Source: a virus (taxonomy: Duplodnaviria; Caudoviricetes). Taken from it: a stretch of DNA of 52,081 bases. A model generated the notes under the pieces. It had not been told where the DNA came from and did no database searches. It was given only the letters and a program-made list of their open reading frames with translations. Where the stretch lies: the IMG/VR virus record IMGVR_UViG_3300031974_001518, positions 1 through 52,081 of that record; one strand, given 5' to 3'. Position numbers and translations under genes: made by a program. The stretch's first letter is position 1; each line of letters starts with the position of its first letter. Shown here piece by piece: positions 1 to 8,258 of this stretch.

Positions 1-171
1 GGTCGTAATGGTAGTTGGTTTAACTCAGGCAATCCATCAACAGGCGCAAATGCACCATTTACAATCACAAGGAATGGTAGAAATTTGTACATGGTAGTTG
101 AAGGTTATAACGGGGTTATCTGGGAAGCCAATTTCGGCCAACAACCATTCAAATACGATCCACCTGCGTAG
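1..171 (+). CDS. 3' fragment of a SPRY/ConA-like tail fibre gene (alternative C-terminus to 49564..51984)
   Basis: Frame +1 is open from base 1: GRNGSWFNSGNPSTGANAPFTITRNGRNLYMVVEGYNGVIWEANFGQQPFKYDPPA*. The last 13 aa are identical to the end of 49564..51984; the upstream residues differ. Confidence 0.8.
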   Translation, partial: GRNGSWFNSGNPSTGANAPFTITRNGRNLYMVVEGYNGVIWEANFGQQPFKYDPPA

Positions 172-177
172 GAACTA

Positions 178-268
178 GATATGGCATATTTACCACTCAG
201 CACAGCCAACCTACCTGATCCGGTGATTGATCCTGCACAGGGCGAGAGTCCTGAAGATTACTTTGGGA
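178..268 (+). repeat. Exact 91-bp direct repeat of 51991..52081 (contig end overlap); near-identical back to 130 / 51943
   Basis: Base-by-base comparison of GATATGGCATATTTACC...GATTACTTTGGGA at both ends. Confidence 0.95.
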
Positions 269-1290
269 CACTGTTGTGGACAGGCGATGGCACATCAAAT
301 CAGTCGGTAACAGGTCTCGATTTCCAACCTGAGTTTTTATGGACAAAAGCAAGAAACACTTCATTTGGAGGAGCTATTTTTGATTCAGTTAGAGGCTCTA
401 ACGCTACGTTATTTTTAGACACGAACAAAGAAATAACGACTGATGCTAACTGGAACACAATGACGTTTCAGAGTGGAGGTATAAACACTGGCTCTGGTGT
501 TGGGCTTAATAATAACGCCACCAACTTTGTAGGGTGGAGTTGGCTTGCAAATGGTTCGGCTGTTAGCAACACAGATGGAACCACAACAGGCGCAGTCACG
601 GTTAGTGCAAATCAAAAAGCAGGATTTAGCATTGTCAAATACGTTGGGCAACATTCAACAGGTGGTGCTTGCACAATTGGTCACGGCCTCAATGCTGTTC
701 CTCAAATGGTTATAGCCAAAGATTTAGATGTAAATAATGACTGGGTTGTTTACCACTCAGGCTATGGCGCAGGACAATTTGGCAAATTGACAAATAATAA
801 CAATACTGGATTCACTGCAAGTACCACTGTTTGGAATAACACAGCGCCAACAGCGGATGTTTTTAGTGTTGGTACAGCAAACTTAGCCAACAATAATGGG
901 TCTGATTATGTAGCATATGCATTTGCTGACGTAGACGGATATAGTAAATTTGGAACTTTTGTCGGCAATCAATCAACTGACGGCCCTTTTGTATATTGTG
1001 GCTTTCGGCCCGCTTTCCTGATGACGTTTTTGGCTTCAAGCGGATCACTGCATCTTTGGTTTCAGTATGACAGCGCACGTGAGCCTTTTAATCCAAATGA
1101 CACTGAACTATATACAAGTGGACAGTCTGGATCAGATCAAGAAACAGCCAATAGCACCGCAGTGGCTCATGATTTTTTGTCTAATGGGTTTAAGTTAAGG
1201 ACAGACAATAGTGCTAGAAATCAGTCAGGCGGTACATATGTATTTATGGCATTTGCCGAAAACCCATTCAAGTATTCAAATGCGAGGTAA
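181..1290 (+). CDS. Tail fibre / receptor-binding-associated protein, paralogous to the central domain of 49564..51984
   Basis: 369 aa, G/S/T/N-rich. Shares QSVTG.GF.P..W.K.R, GFSIVK, GYSKF and GTY.(F/Y).AFA blocks with the 806-aa fibre. Confidence 0.7.
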   Translation: MAYLPLSTANLPDPVIDPAQGESPEDYFGTLLWTGDGTSNQSVTGLDFQPEFLWTKARNTSFGGAIFDSVRGSNATLFLDTNKEITTDANWNTMTFQSGGINTGSGVGLNNNATNFVGWSWLANGSAVSNTDGTTTGAVTVSANQKAGFSIVKYVGQHSTGGACTIGHGLNAVPQMVIAKDLDVNNDWVVYHSGYGAGQFGKLTNNNNTGFTASTTVWNNTAPTADVFSVGTANLANNNGSDYVAYAFADVDGYSKFGTFVGNQSTDGPFVYCGFRPAFLMTFLASSGSLHLWFQYDSAREPFNPNDTELYTSGQSGSDQETANSTAVAHDFLSNGFKLRTDNSARNQSGGTYVFMAFAENPFKYSNAR

Positions 1291-1296
1291 CAACTA

Positions 1297-1848
1297 ATGT
1301 GGACTTACTTAGGTAGAGTCATCAAGCAAGGCAGAGGTTGGACTGATGCCGAAGGTGTTAAACATCCTGCAACGTGGAATCGTTGGACAGACGCAGAGAA
1401 GACTGCACACGGTCTAGTCTGGGATCAGTCGTTACAGCCTGTACCATTCGACAATCGTTTCTACTGGTCAGCAGGAGTCGAGAAGGCACTGGATGATGTC
1501 AATGCAGTCGACGAGAACGGCAATCCTGTACTAGATGAAGACGGTAATCAAGTGGTGACCAAAGGACTCAAGAGCAACGCCATTGCACAGACTAAGGTGA
1601 CAGCAGGGTCGCTCCTAGCTCCAACAGACTGGCATGTTGTCAAAGCGGCAGAGGTGTCTGGATACACAGTGCCATCAGAGATTACAACCTACCGTGCGGC
1701 AGTGCGTACAGCCTCTAACACCATTGAGACAGCGATCAATGGTGCGGCTGACCATGCGGCTTTCATGGCTCTGTATGACACTCCTGTGGACTCTGATGGT
1801 AATCCAACAGGGAATGCTCCTATTAACGATTGGCCGGATGAAATCTAA
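1297..1848 (+). CDS. Tail fibre assembly chaperone-like protein
   Basis: 183 aa directly after the fibre genes; LLAPTDWHVVK...YRAAVR...WP pattern typical of fibre-associated chaperones. Confidence 0.55.
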   Translation: MWTYLGRVIKQGRGWTDAEGVKHPATWNRWTDAEKTAHGLVWDQSLQPVPFDNRFYWSAGVEKALDDVNAVDENGNPVLDEDGNQVVTKGLKSNAIAQTKVTAGSLLAPTDWHVVKAAEVSGYTVPSEITTYRAAVRTASNTIETAINGAADHAAFMALYDTPVDSDGNPTGNAPINDWPDEI

Positions 1849-1850
1849 CG

Positions 1851-2108
1851 ATGGACATGATGCTCTGGAACATTGTCTTATCCGCCCTCATCACTATCGT
1901 AGGTTGGTTCGGTGTACAGATGCACACAGAGATGCATCGCCTATCCATCCTCCTCAACAAGACCCGTGAAGAAATCGTGCAGTGCCAACTCAGTATCGCT
2001 GAGAAGTACGCACGTAAAGACGAAGTCAGGGAAGACATGGAACGTCTCATGGACCGCCTAGATGCCCTCGACGCTAAAATTGACCGTCTCATAGAAGCAC
2101 GACAATGA
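1851..2108 (+). CDS. Small membrane-anchored coiled-coil protein (possible lysis accessory)
   Basis: N-terminal hydrophobic helix followed by a heptad-rich C-terminus (RLMDRLDALDAKIDRLI). Confidence 0.55.
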   Translation: MDMMLWNIVLSALITIVGWFGVQMHTEMHRLSILLNKTREEIVQCQLSIAEKYARKDEVREDMERLMDRLDALDAKIDRLIEARQ

Positions 2109-2554
2109 TCTTTGAAGCCATAGCCGCAGTTAAAATCGCTAATGAGGCTATTGGTGCGATCAAGGAGTTTGCGGGTCACATCCAGTCTGTCGGGGAGATG
2201 GGTCCACAACTCACAAAACTCGCGGATGCCAAGGAAGTCATTGAGCAGAAAGCCAAGGAAGGTTCAATGGAACACTTCTTTGAGCTTGAGAAGATTAAGC
2301 AGAAAGAAGCTGAAATAAAACAACTATTTATCTACAGTGGTCGTCCGGGACTTTGGGAGGATTACCAGAGATTTATCACCAACCGAAAACAACTGAAAGA
2401 GAATGAACGCAAACGTATCGCACAGGCCAAGGCACGTAAGAAAAGACTCATTAAAGAATGGACTATTGGCATTGCTGTTGCCCTTGCCACCCTTTCTGCT
2501 GTTGGGATATGCGCTTACTTCCTATATTGGCTCATAACCACAAAGGGGAGCTAA
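2105..2554 (+). CDS. Hypothetical protein with C-terminal transmembrane helix
   Basis: 149 aa; ATGA overlap with the previous gene; hydrophobic C-terminal segment. Confidence 0.6.
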   Translation: MIFEAIAAVKIANEAIGAIKEFAGHIQSVGEMGPQLTKLADAKEVIEQKAKEGSMEHFFELEKIKQKEAEIKQLFIYSGRPGLWEDYQRFITNRKQLKENERKRIAQAKARKKRLIKEWTIGIAVALATLSAVGICAYFLYWLITTKGS

Positions 2555-2556
2555 CC

Positions 2557-2739
2557 ATGTGGGTTCTTTTTGCCATTCTCATACAATCAGGCGGATATGC
2601 CGTCTATCCACAGGGGCCATTCATGACAATGGCTGAGTGCTTCCAAGCTCGACAGTACTTCATTGAAACTGCACCCAAGCCCAAGATCAACTACGAGGCG
2701 GTGTGCATACAGACAGATGTAACAGGTGATCAAACATGA
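2557..2739 (+). CDS. Small secreted/membrane protein with two Cys
   Basis: ATG at 2557 with GGGGAG Shine-Dalgarno; MWVLFAILIQ...ECFQAR...AVCIQ. Confidence 0.55.
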   Translation: MWVLFAILIQSGGYAVYPQGPFMTMAECFQARQYFIETAPKPKINYEAVCIQTDVTGDQT

Positions 2740-3104
2740 TTGGAATCTTAAGTAAGATCCTCGGTAGTGGTGATGTCATCAAGAAGGGCATGGATCTCAT
2801 TGATGATATGCACACATCAAGTGAAGAGGAGATTGCCGCTAAGTCTAAAGCGAAGATTGACCTAATGAACGCCTACGCTCCCTTCAAACTGGCCCAGCGT
2901 TACATCGCCCTCATGTTCACAGCAGTGTTCCTCAGTATGTTCGTGTTGGTTCTCGCAATGACTCTCGCGGGTGAAGGTGACATTGATGCTGTCAAGCAAA
3001 TCATCGGTGACTTCTGGATAGGTGAGATCATGTTGATGATCGTCGGTTTCTACTTCGGTGGTGGCTTAGCAGAGTCTGTTACCTCCGCAAAGAACAAAAA
3101 GTAA
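2736..3104 (+). CDS. Putative holin (3TM, GTA-holin-like)
   Basis: Soluble N-terminus, then hydrophobic helices ending in the IVGFYFGG motif. Confidence 0.65.
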   Translation: MIGILSKILGSGDVIKKGMDLIDDMHTSSEEEIAAKSKAKIDLMNAYAPFKLAQRYIALMFTAVFLSMFVLVLAMTLAGEGDIDAVKQIIGDFWIGEIMLMIVGFYFGGGLAESVTSAKNKK

Positions 3105-3115
3105 GGTAAGTAAGA

Positions 3116-4477
3116 ATGGCAGAAACAGCTACAGATGTCGTCAAAGCAATTGGGGGGGCTGACCGACCCATTGCCGATAAGATGAAGGAGCAGGCAGGTG
3201 TAACTGGCACTGCCCCTACGCTTCCGGAAGGCACAGAGTACACTGCGGTAACACAGGAAGTACAGGAGGACGAACTCCTCGGTACTGACGTCACAACACA
3301 GCCTGTTGAAGTCACGGCCGCACAGGCGTCTACGAGTAACCTCGACGTTCCTGTACCCCAGAAAACATCAGCCGCACAATACGATGCCTACACCGTTGAA
3401 GGAACTCCCGAAGCAGTAGCCGTAAAGGGCAAGCTGTCGTCTGAGTCATTGGTGGGGGACGTCCAAGGGACAGTATCCCAGCAGTCTCTCGCTGAAGCGG
3501 CACAAGGGGAAGTCTCTGACAAGGCGACTGTCCAGTACCAACTCGGCGAGTTGTTCAAGTCTTTCGAGGAAGGTAAGCCAGCCCCTGCGTGGGCGGCCCC
3601 TGCGGTACGTAACGTCGGTGCGATGATGGCACAGCGTGGGTTGGGCTCGAGCTCAATGGCCGCGGCCGCTGTTACGCAAGCAATCATGGAATCTGGTATT
3701 CCCATTGCGGCGGCTGATGCACAAACCTACGCCACGATGGATCTCACGAACCTCAACAACCGTCAGCAGGCGGCTCTCCAGAATGCGGCAACCTACGCGG
3801 CGATGGACCGTGCCAACTTGGACGCCCGGATGCAAGCGGCAGTGGTCAACGCTCAGTCATTCCTCTCGATGGACATGGCGAATCTCAACAACGAGCAACG
3901 CTCCGTCGAACTCACGCACCAAGCTGAAGTGCAAGCGATGTTCTCAAACCAAGCGGCACAGAACGCGGCTCGCCAGTTCAATGCAACGTCACAGGCACAA
4001 CTCGACCAGTTCTACTCGGAGATGGAAGTACAGGTATCGAATGCGAATGCCAACCGTCTTGCGGCCCAAGAGCAGTTCAATGTGAACGAAGCAAACTCGA
4101 TGACCCAGTTCCAAGCGTCGATGAATGATGCCCGTGAGCGTTTCGAGACACAGCTTCGTGTGCAGATTGACCAGTCAAACGCGCAGTGGCGTCGGGAAGT
4201 TAATACGGCGAACACCGCACTCAAGAATGAAGAAAATCGCGTAAATGTGCAGAACCTACTCGAACTCACGGCAACTGCCCAGAATAACCTGTGGCAACGA
4301 TACCGTGATGAAGCGGGATGGTTGTTCCAGATGGCAGAGAATGCGACGCAACGGGAGCACGAACTCGGTATGCTCGCGATGGAAATTGCGGACAATCAAA
4401 GTATTTACGACAAGCAGGTTAAAGACGGTCTTGCCACAGAGTTGGGCAAGGCGGCAATCCGCGCGATATTTAGTTAA
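3116..4477 (+). CDS. Putative internal virion (ejection) protein
   Basis: 453 aa A/Q/N-rich helical protein with repeated NAA.QFNA-like motifs, heading the cluster of large late genes. Confidence 0.55.
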   Translation: MAETATDVVKAIGGADRPIADKMKEQAGVTGTAPTLPEGTEYTAVTQEVQEDELLGTDVTTQPVEVTAAQASTSNLDVPVPQKTSAAQYDAYTVEGTPEAVAVKGKLSSESLVGDVQGTVSQQSLAEAAQGEVSDKATVQYQLGELFKSFEEGKPAPAWAAPAVRNVGAMMAQRGLGSSSMAAAAVTQAIMESGIPIAAADAQTYATMDLTNLNNRQQAALQNAATYAAMDRANLDARMQAAVVNAQSFLSMDMANLNNEQRSVELTHQAEVQAMFSNQAAQNAARQFNATSQAQLDQFYSEMEVQVSNANANRLAAQEQFNVNEANSMTQFQASMNDARERFETQLRVQIDQSNAQWRREVNTANTALKNEENRVNVQNLLELTATAQNNLWQRYRDEAGWLFQMAENATQREHELGMLAMEIADNQSIYDKQVKDGLATELGKAAIRAIFS

Positions 4478-4490
4478 GGTGTAAAAAGAT

Positions 4491-4976
4491 ATGAGTTGGT
4501 TTACGACAGGTTTGGCGAAGGCCACTAACTGGTTAGATACCACGGTAGGTACAGCCAATCTTTTCGGTGGCGGAAAGGGTTTAAACTACGCCGCGATGGC
4601 TGGTGTTAGTTACGCAACCGGATTTTACAACGACTACATCAAGGACAGCTTCCTCGAGGAGACGGCTATTAACTTCGCGACGGGGGCGGCAACCAATGCC
4701 CTCACGGGAGGCCAGCAACAGCAGGGGACACCGATGCCCGTCCAAAAAGGCGTGTCCGCTGGTGGGTCTTCGGTCAACACCCGTCTCGGCGGGCCGGGGC
4801 AGGTGCAAGCCTACTCGGGGACAAACAATGCCCGTGTTCAGGATGCTTACCGTAAACTCAACCAGTCGAACAACCCCTCGATACAGTCTGCCCTGAATGT
4901 TGTCCGCCCCAATATCGCACGTCGTGGTCCAACGAAGAGTTTACAAGAAGCTAAGATAGGAAGCCTCCGGTCATGA
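4491..4976 (+). CDS. Hypothetical virion-associated protein
   Basis: 161 aa, G/A-rich, co-oriented in the operon. Confidence 0.5.
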   Translation: MSWFTTGLAKATNWLDTTVGTANLFGGGKGLNYAAMAGVSYATGFYNDYIKDSFLEETAINFATGAATNALTGGQQQQGTPMPVQKGVSAGGSSVNTRLGGPGQVQAYSGTNNARVQDAYRKLNQSNNPSIQSALNVVRPNIARRGPTKSLQEAKIGSLRS

Positions 4977-5575
4977 TGCGTAAAAAACCCGCCGCCCCGA
5001 TCAATGCCGACCCGTTCATGAAACCCGTACCGGGCTGGTCTTTGACACAGCCCCCCGGTAAGTGGGCGTGGGACAAACCCCCACAGCACGCGGATGCGGA
5101 CGAGGCTGTCGATATGATCATCGATAAGCTCGAGGTTCCGGAAACACGGGACCGCTACGTGAAGCTGATGTTGGCGGGTGTTTCTGTAGAAGAGATCGTC
5201 CACTCCATCACGATGGCTGGGTTCATGGACGGGCGGTTTAATCCCGACCTCGCAGAACTCATCAAGGCCCCCCTCGCGATTTACATGATGGGCATTGCGG
5301 AAGATGAGAATCTCCCTGTCAAGGTCTTTGCGAAAGACCCGATGCAAGACAAGAAGTCGACGATGAGTGATGCGAGCCTTCTCGAACTCATGCGTACACG
5401 TAACCCAGAATTCTATGACTACCTCATGACCTACGAACCTGAAGGGGATCGCAAGGGCCGTGAGATGAAGGCGAAGATGTCGCAAGGGTTTATGGCCGTC
5501 GAAGAAGACGAGGAATTGCTCGAAGACGAAGAGATGGTAGAAATGCCGGAAGAAGACGGAGAAGTTGAAGAATGA
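4973..5575 (+). CDS. Conserved hypothetical phage protein (PGxSLT..P...WE/D.PP type)
   Basis: PVPGWSLTQPPGKWAWDKPP motif, acidic C-terminus, ATGA coupling at both ends. Confidence 0.6.
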   Translation: MMRKKPAAPINADPFMKPVPGWSLTQPPGKWAWDKPPQHADADEAVDMIIDKLEVPETRDRYVKLMLAGVSVEEIVHSITMAGFMDGRFNPDLAELIKAPLAIYMMGIAEDENLPVKVFAKDPMQDKKSTMSDASLLELMRTRNPEFYDYLMTYEPEGDRKGREMKAKMSQGFMAVEEDEELLEDEEMVEMPEEDGEVEE

Positions 5576-8244
5576 GTTTCTTGATGTCATTCGCCCTCGG
5601 TGCGGCGAAAGAGTACAACCTCATGGGCGAGGAAGAGCGGGCCGCGCAAGCTGAAAAGAAGAAGGCTGAGAGAGCGGCGGCGGCGGAAAAAGCCGTGTTT
5701 GAGAGAGATCAAACAGCGAAGAGAGAAGAGGAACAACGCGCAGAAGAAGCTAAGGTTCGTGAAGAAGAGCGGGCACAAGCTCTGAAGGTCCAAGAAGACA
5801 CCCAGAAATTGGGGCGGGCAGGACAGAACCTCGCCCAGTACTATCAGGCAGACCCGAATCGATACCACATCCTCGACCTCAATACTTACGAGGTGAAGAG
5901 TTTCGATATGCCGGCGGAGTTCTTCACTCTTGACGATGCCCGGAATAAATCGATCAATCTCAACACCCAACTCGAAGAATTTGGCACCCAGTACTACCCC
6001 GTGCCTGTCGAAGGACAGCCGGACAAGTTTAAGATTGGTACCCGTGATTTAAAAGACTCAGATACTCTCCTGTTTACTGATGCCACCGATGCGGAGAATA
6101 AGGCAGGGGAGCTCAATACATTACGTGGGACTGATAGCAAACTCGTGTCCTTTGCCGAGAGCACCTCCGATGGCAAGGGCTTCCGTGTTGTTACGAAGCA
6201 AAAGACTGAGGTAGATCAAGGCCCTGTATACACAACAGAGGCAGAGGTTGAAGCGGCACGTCCTAAGCTAATTAAGGCGGCCGGCCTCACTGAAGATACG
6301 GCGAATGTGGAAGTACAGAATGTAACTGGCGGATTTCAGATTTCTGTTAAACCTCGGGCGGCTGAAGAAGTAGGCCCCCCAACAGATACGGAAACAGACC
6401 TCCCCCTCACCCCAAACTACTACTTCGCCCGTGATCTCGGTGCGGATGTCGCAAAGGACCCGAACAAGTTTACGGCAAAAGTTATCGACCTCACTCGAGA
6501 CGGCTCCCTACCAATGTCGGGAGAAGAGATGAAGAACATGAAGCGGGGCGAAGATTTTGTGTTCGGCCGCCAATCTACCGTGTCGGGAACCGTGCGGAAT
6601 GCCACAGAAAACCTCCGGATTCTTCTCCAAGATGAGTTTAATCCTGAGGTTATTGACCGGGCGATTGAAATTTATGACACCAATCCTCAAGCCCTCGATT
6701 ACTTTGTAGGGGCACTACCCGGTTTAATCGACACGTGGCAACTCGAGACAGCAGACCAAGTCGAGGGTAGCACCCGTAAGTTGCGTCCTGTCCTGAACTA
6801 TTTCCCTGAATTGACAGCATACGCGGAAAAACATCCGAAGATTCGTGAAGCACTTAAGAAGTCAGGTATCAGCGAGCGTGTTATCGGTATCGCAAACGCC
6901 CGAAATGGTATAGCGGTAAATGCTCCGGCGGAGCCTTTGACTAACGGGGAAGTTGAGCTCCTCGATATCCCGACGGTAACAGATGCCTTCGGTGTTGACA
7001 CGGGACAGCAGGACCAAAACAACAACGACGTCATCACACTCCCCGATGCTTTTATGCAAACAACTGCCAAGATCGGCACAGACTCCGGTATGGGACATCC
7101 TAAGGTACTCAAGCTACTCGAGAGCTCCCAAGACCCTAACACACGTCAATCATCCCCGGAAACAGCACAAAAAGCTTTCGATGCGATGAACAACAGCCGT
7201 ACCCTCCTCATGAATGAGACCTTCGTAGAGCCAACAGCGTCAGGCACGGAGCTACAGTTCCGTTTCCCCTCTCTACTCACGCAGGATCGCACAAAACTCG
7301 TACAGAACCTCGGGTACTATGAGACCCACAACGACAAGATCCTCGCACTACGTACTGCGATCCCATCAACGTCCGTCAACACTGCCCTCTCGTTCACTGA
7401 TATCGGGGGCGGTAAGGATGCGAAGGCTCGTTATGAAGACATCACGGGTAACAACAACTACGACGGTTTTGACGCAAGATACCGTAAGGCAGAGCAGGTA
7501 CTCAGTACCCATGCTCAACTTGTACAATTGCTAGCCCCAGAAGCGGCTGGTGGTGAGGGTGCCCCTGTGGGTATACCCCTCCAGATCACACGACTAAAGG
7601 CTGGTGCCCAGTACCTCCTCCAGACACTCGGGGGTATTGAAACAGCGGCCCTGTCCACTGAGGCGGGGCAAATTGTCGAGTCGACTGTCTCGAGTTCGGA
7701 TATTGTCCAGACACTCACACAGGAGCTCACAGGTCTTCAAGGGAGTGAAGAATCACAACTCGCCGCCCTCGTCAACCTCAACCTCAAGATGCAGTCCTAC
7801 GCCTACGCGGCAATGATGGACCCGAACGGACGTCTGTCTGACCAAGATAGGGAGCAAGCTGACCAAGCTATCGCGGCAAGTGGCTACACTGCAAACCCTG
7901 CCTCAGTCTTGGCGGTATCGTCCCGACTCGCTGAAAGAGCAGAGTTTACAATGGCTACGATTGAGGGGTATACTGGTGGGGATACAGCGCAAATTATTGC
8001 GACCCACTACTACACCCGTCTCGCACCCGGTGCTAAAACAAACGTACGCCGTTTCCTCGGTAGGTCAACATCCAATGTCACAACCCAAGCGGTAGTGACG
8101 CAACAAGCGGCTGATGACTCCGCAATCCTCAATATGTACAGCGGAGGAGACCAAGAAACTCCTGCAACGCCCGTACAAACCCCCGCCGAAACACGTACCG
8201 CACCTGTTGTAGAAGAGACAGAACGCCCCGGAAATCGACTTTAA
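5572..8244 (+). CDS. Large putative internal virion protein
   Basis: 890 aa with an N-terminal charged coiled coil; position typical of podovirus core proteins. Confidence 0.55.
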   Translation: MSFLMSFALGAAKEYNLMGEEERAAQAEKKKAERAAAAEKAVFERDQTAKREEEQRAEEAKVREEERAQALKVQEDTQKLGRAGQNLAQYYQADPNRYHILDLNTYEVKSFDMPAEFFTLDDARNKSINLNTQLEEFGTQYYPVPVEGQPDKFKIGTRDLKDSDTLLFTDATDAENKAGELNTLRGTDSKLVSFAESTSDGKGFRVVTKQKTEVDQGPVYTTEAEVEAARPKLIKAAGLTEDTANVEVQNVTGGFQISVKPRAAEEVGPPTDTETDLPLTPNYYFARDLGADVAKDPNKFTAKVIDLTRDGSLPMSGEEMKNMKRGEDFVFGRQSTVSGTVRNATENLRILLQDEFNPEVIDRAIEIYDTNPQALDYFVGALPGLIDTWQLETADQVEGSTRKLRPVLNYFPELTAYAEKHPKIREALKKSGISERVIGIANARNGIAVNAPAEPLTNGEVELLDIPTVTDAFGVDTGQQDQNNNDVITLPDAFMQTTAKIGTDSGMGHPKVLKLLESSQDPNTRQSSPETAQKAFDAMNNSRTLLMNETFVEPTASGTELQFRFPSLLTQDRTKLVQNLGYYETHNDKILALRTAIPSTSVNTALSFTDIGGGKDAKARYEDITGNNNYDGFDARYRKAEQVLSTHAQLVQLLAPEAAGGEGAPVGIPLQITRLKAGAQYLLQTLGGIETAALSTEAGQIVESTVSSSDIVQTLTQELTGLQGSEESQLAALVNLNLKMQSYAYAAMMDPNGRLSDQDREQADQAIAASGYTANPASVLAVSSRLAERAEFTMATIEGYTGGDTAQIIATHYYTRLAPGAKTNVRRFLGRSTSNVTTQAVVTQQAADDSAILNMYSGGDQETPATPVQTPAETRTAPVVEETERPGNRL

Positions 8245-8258
8245 GGTAGATACACTCA

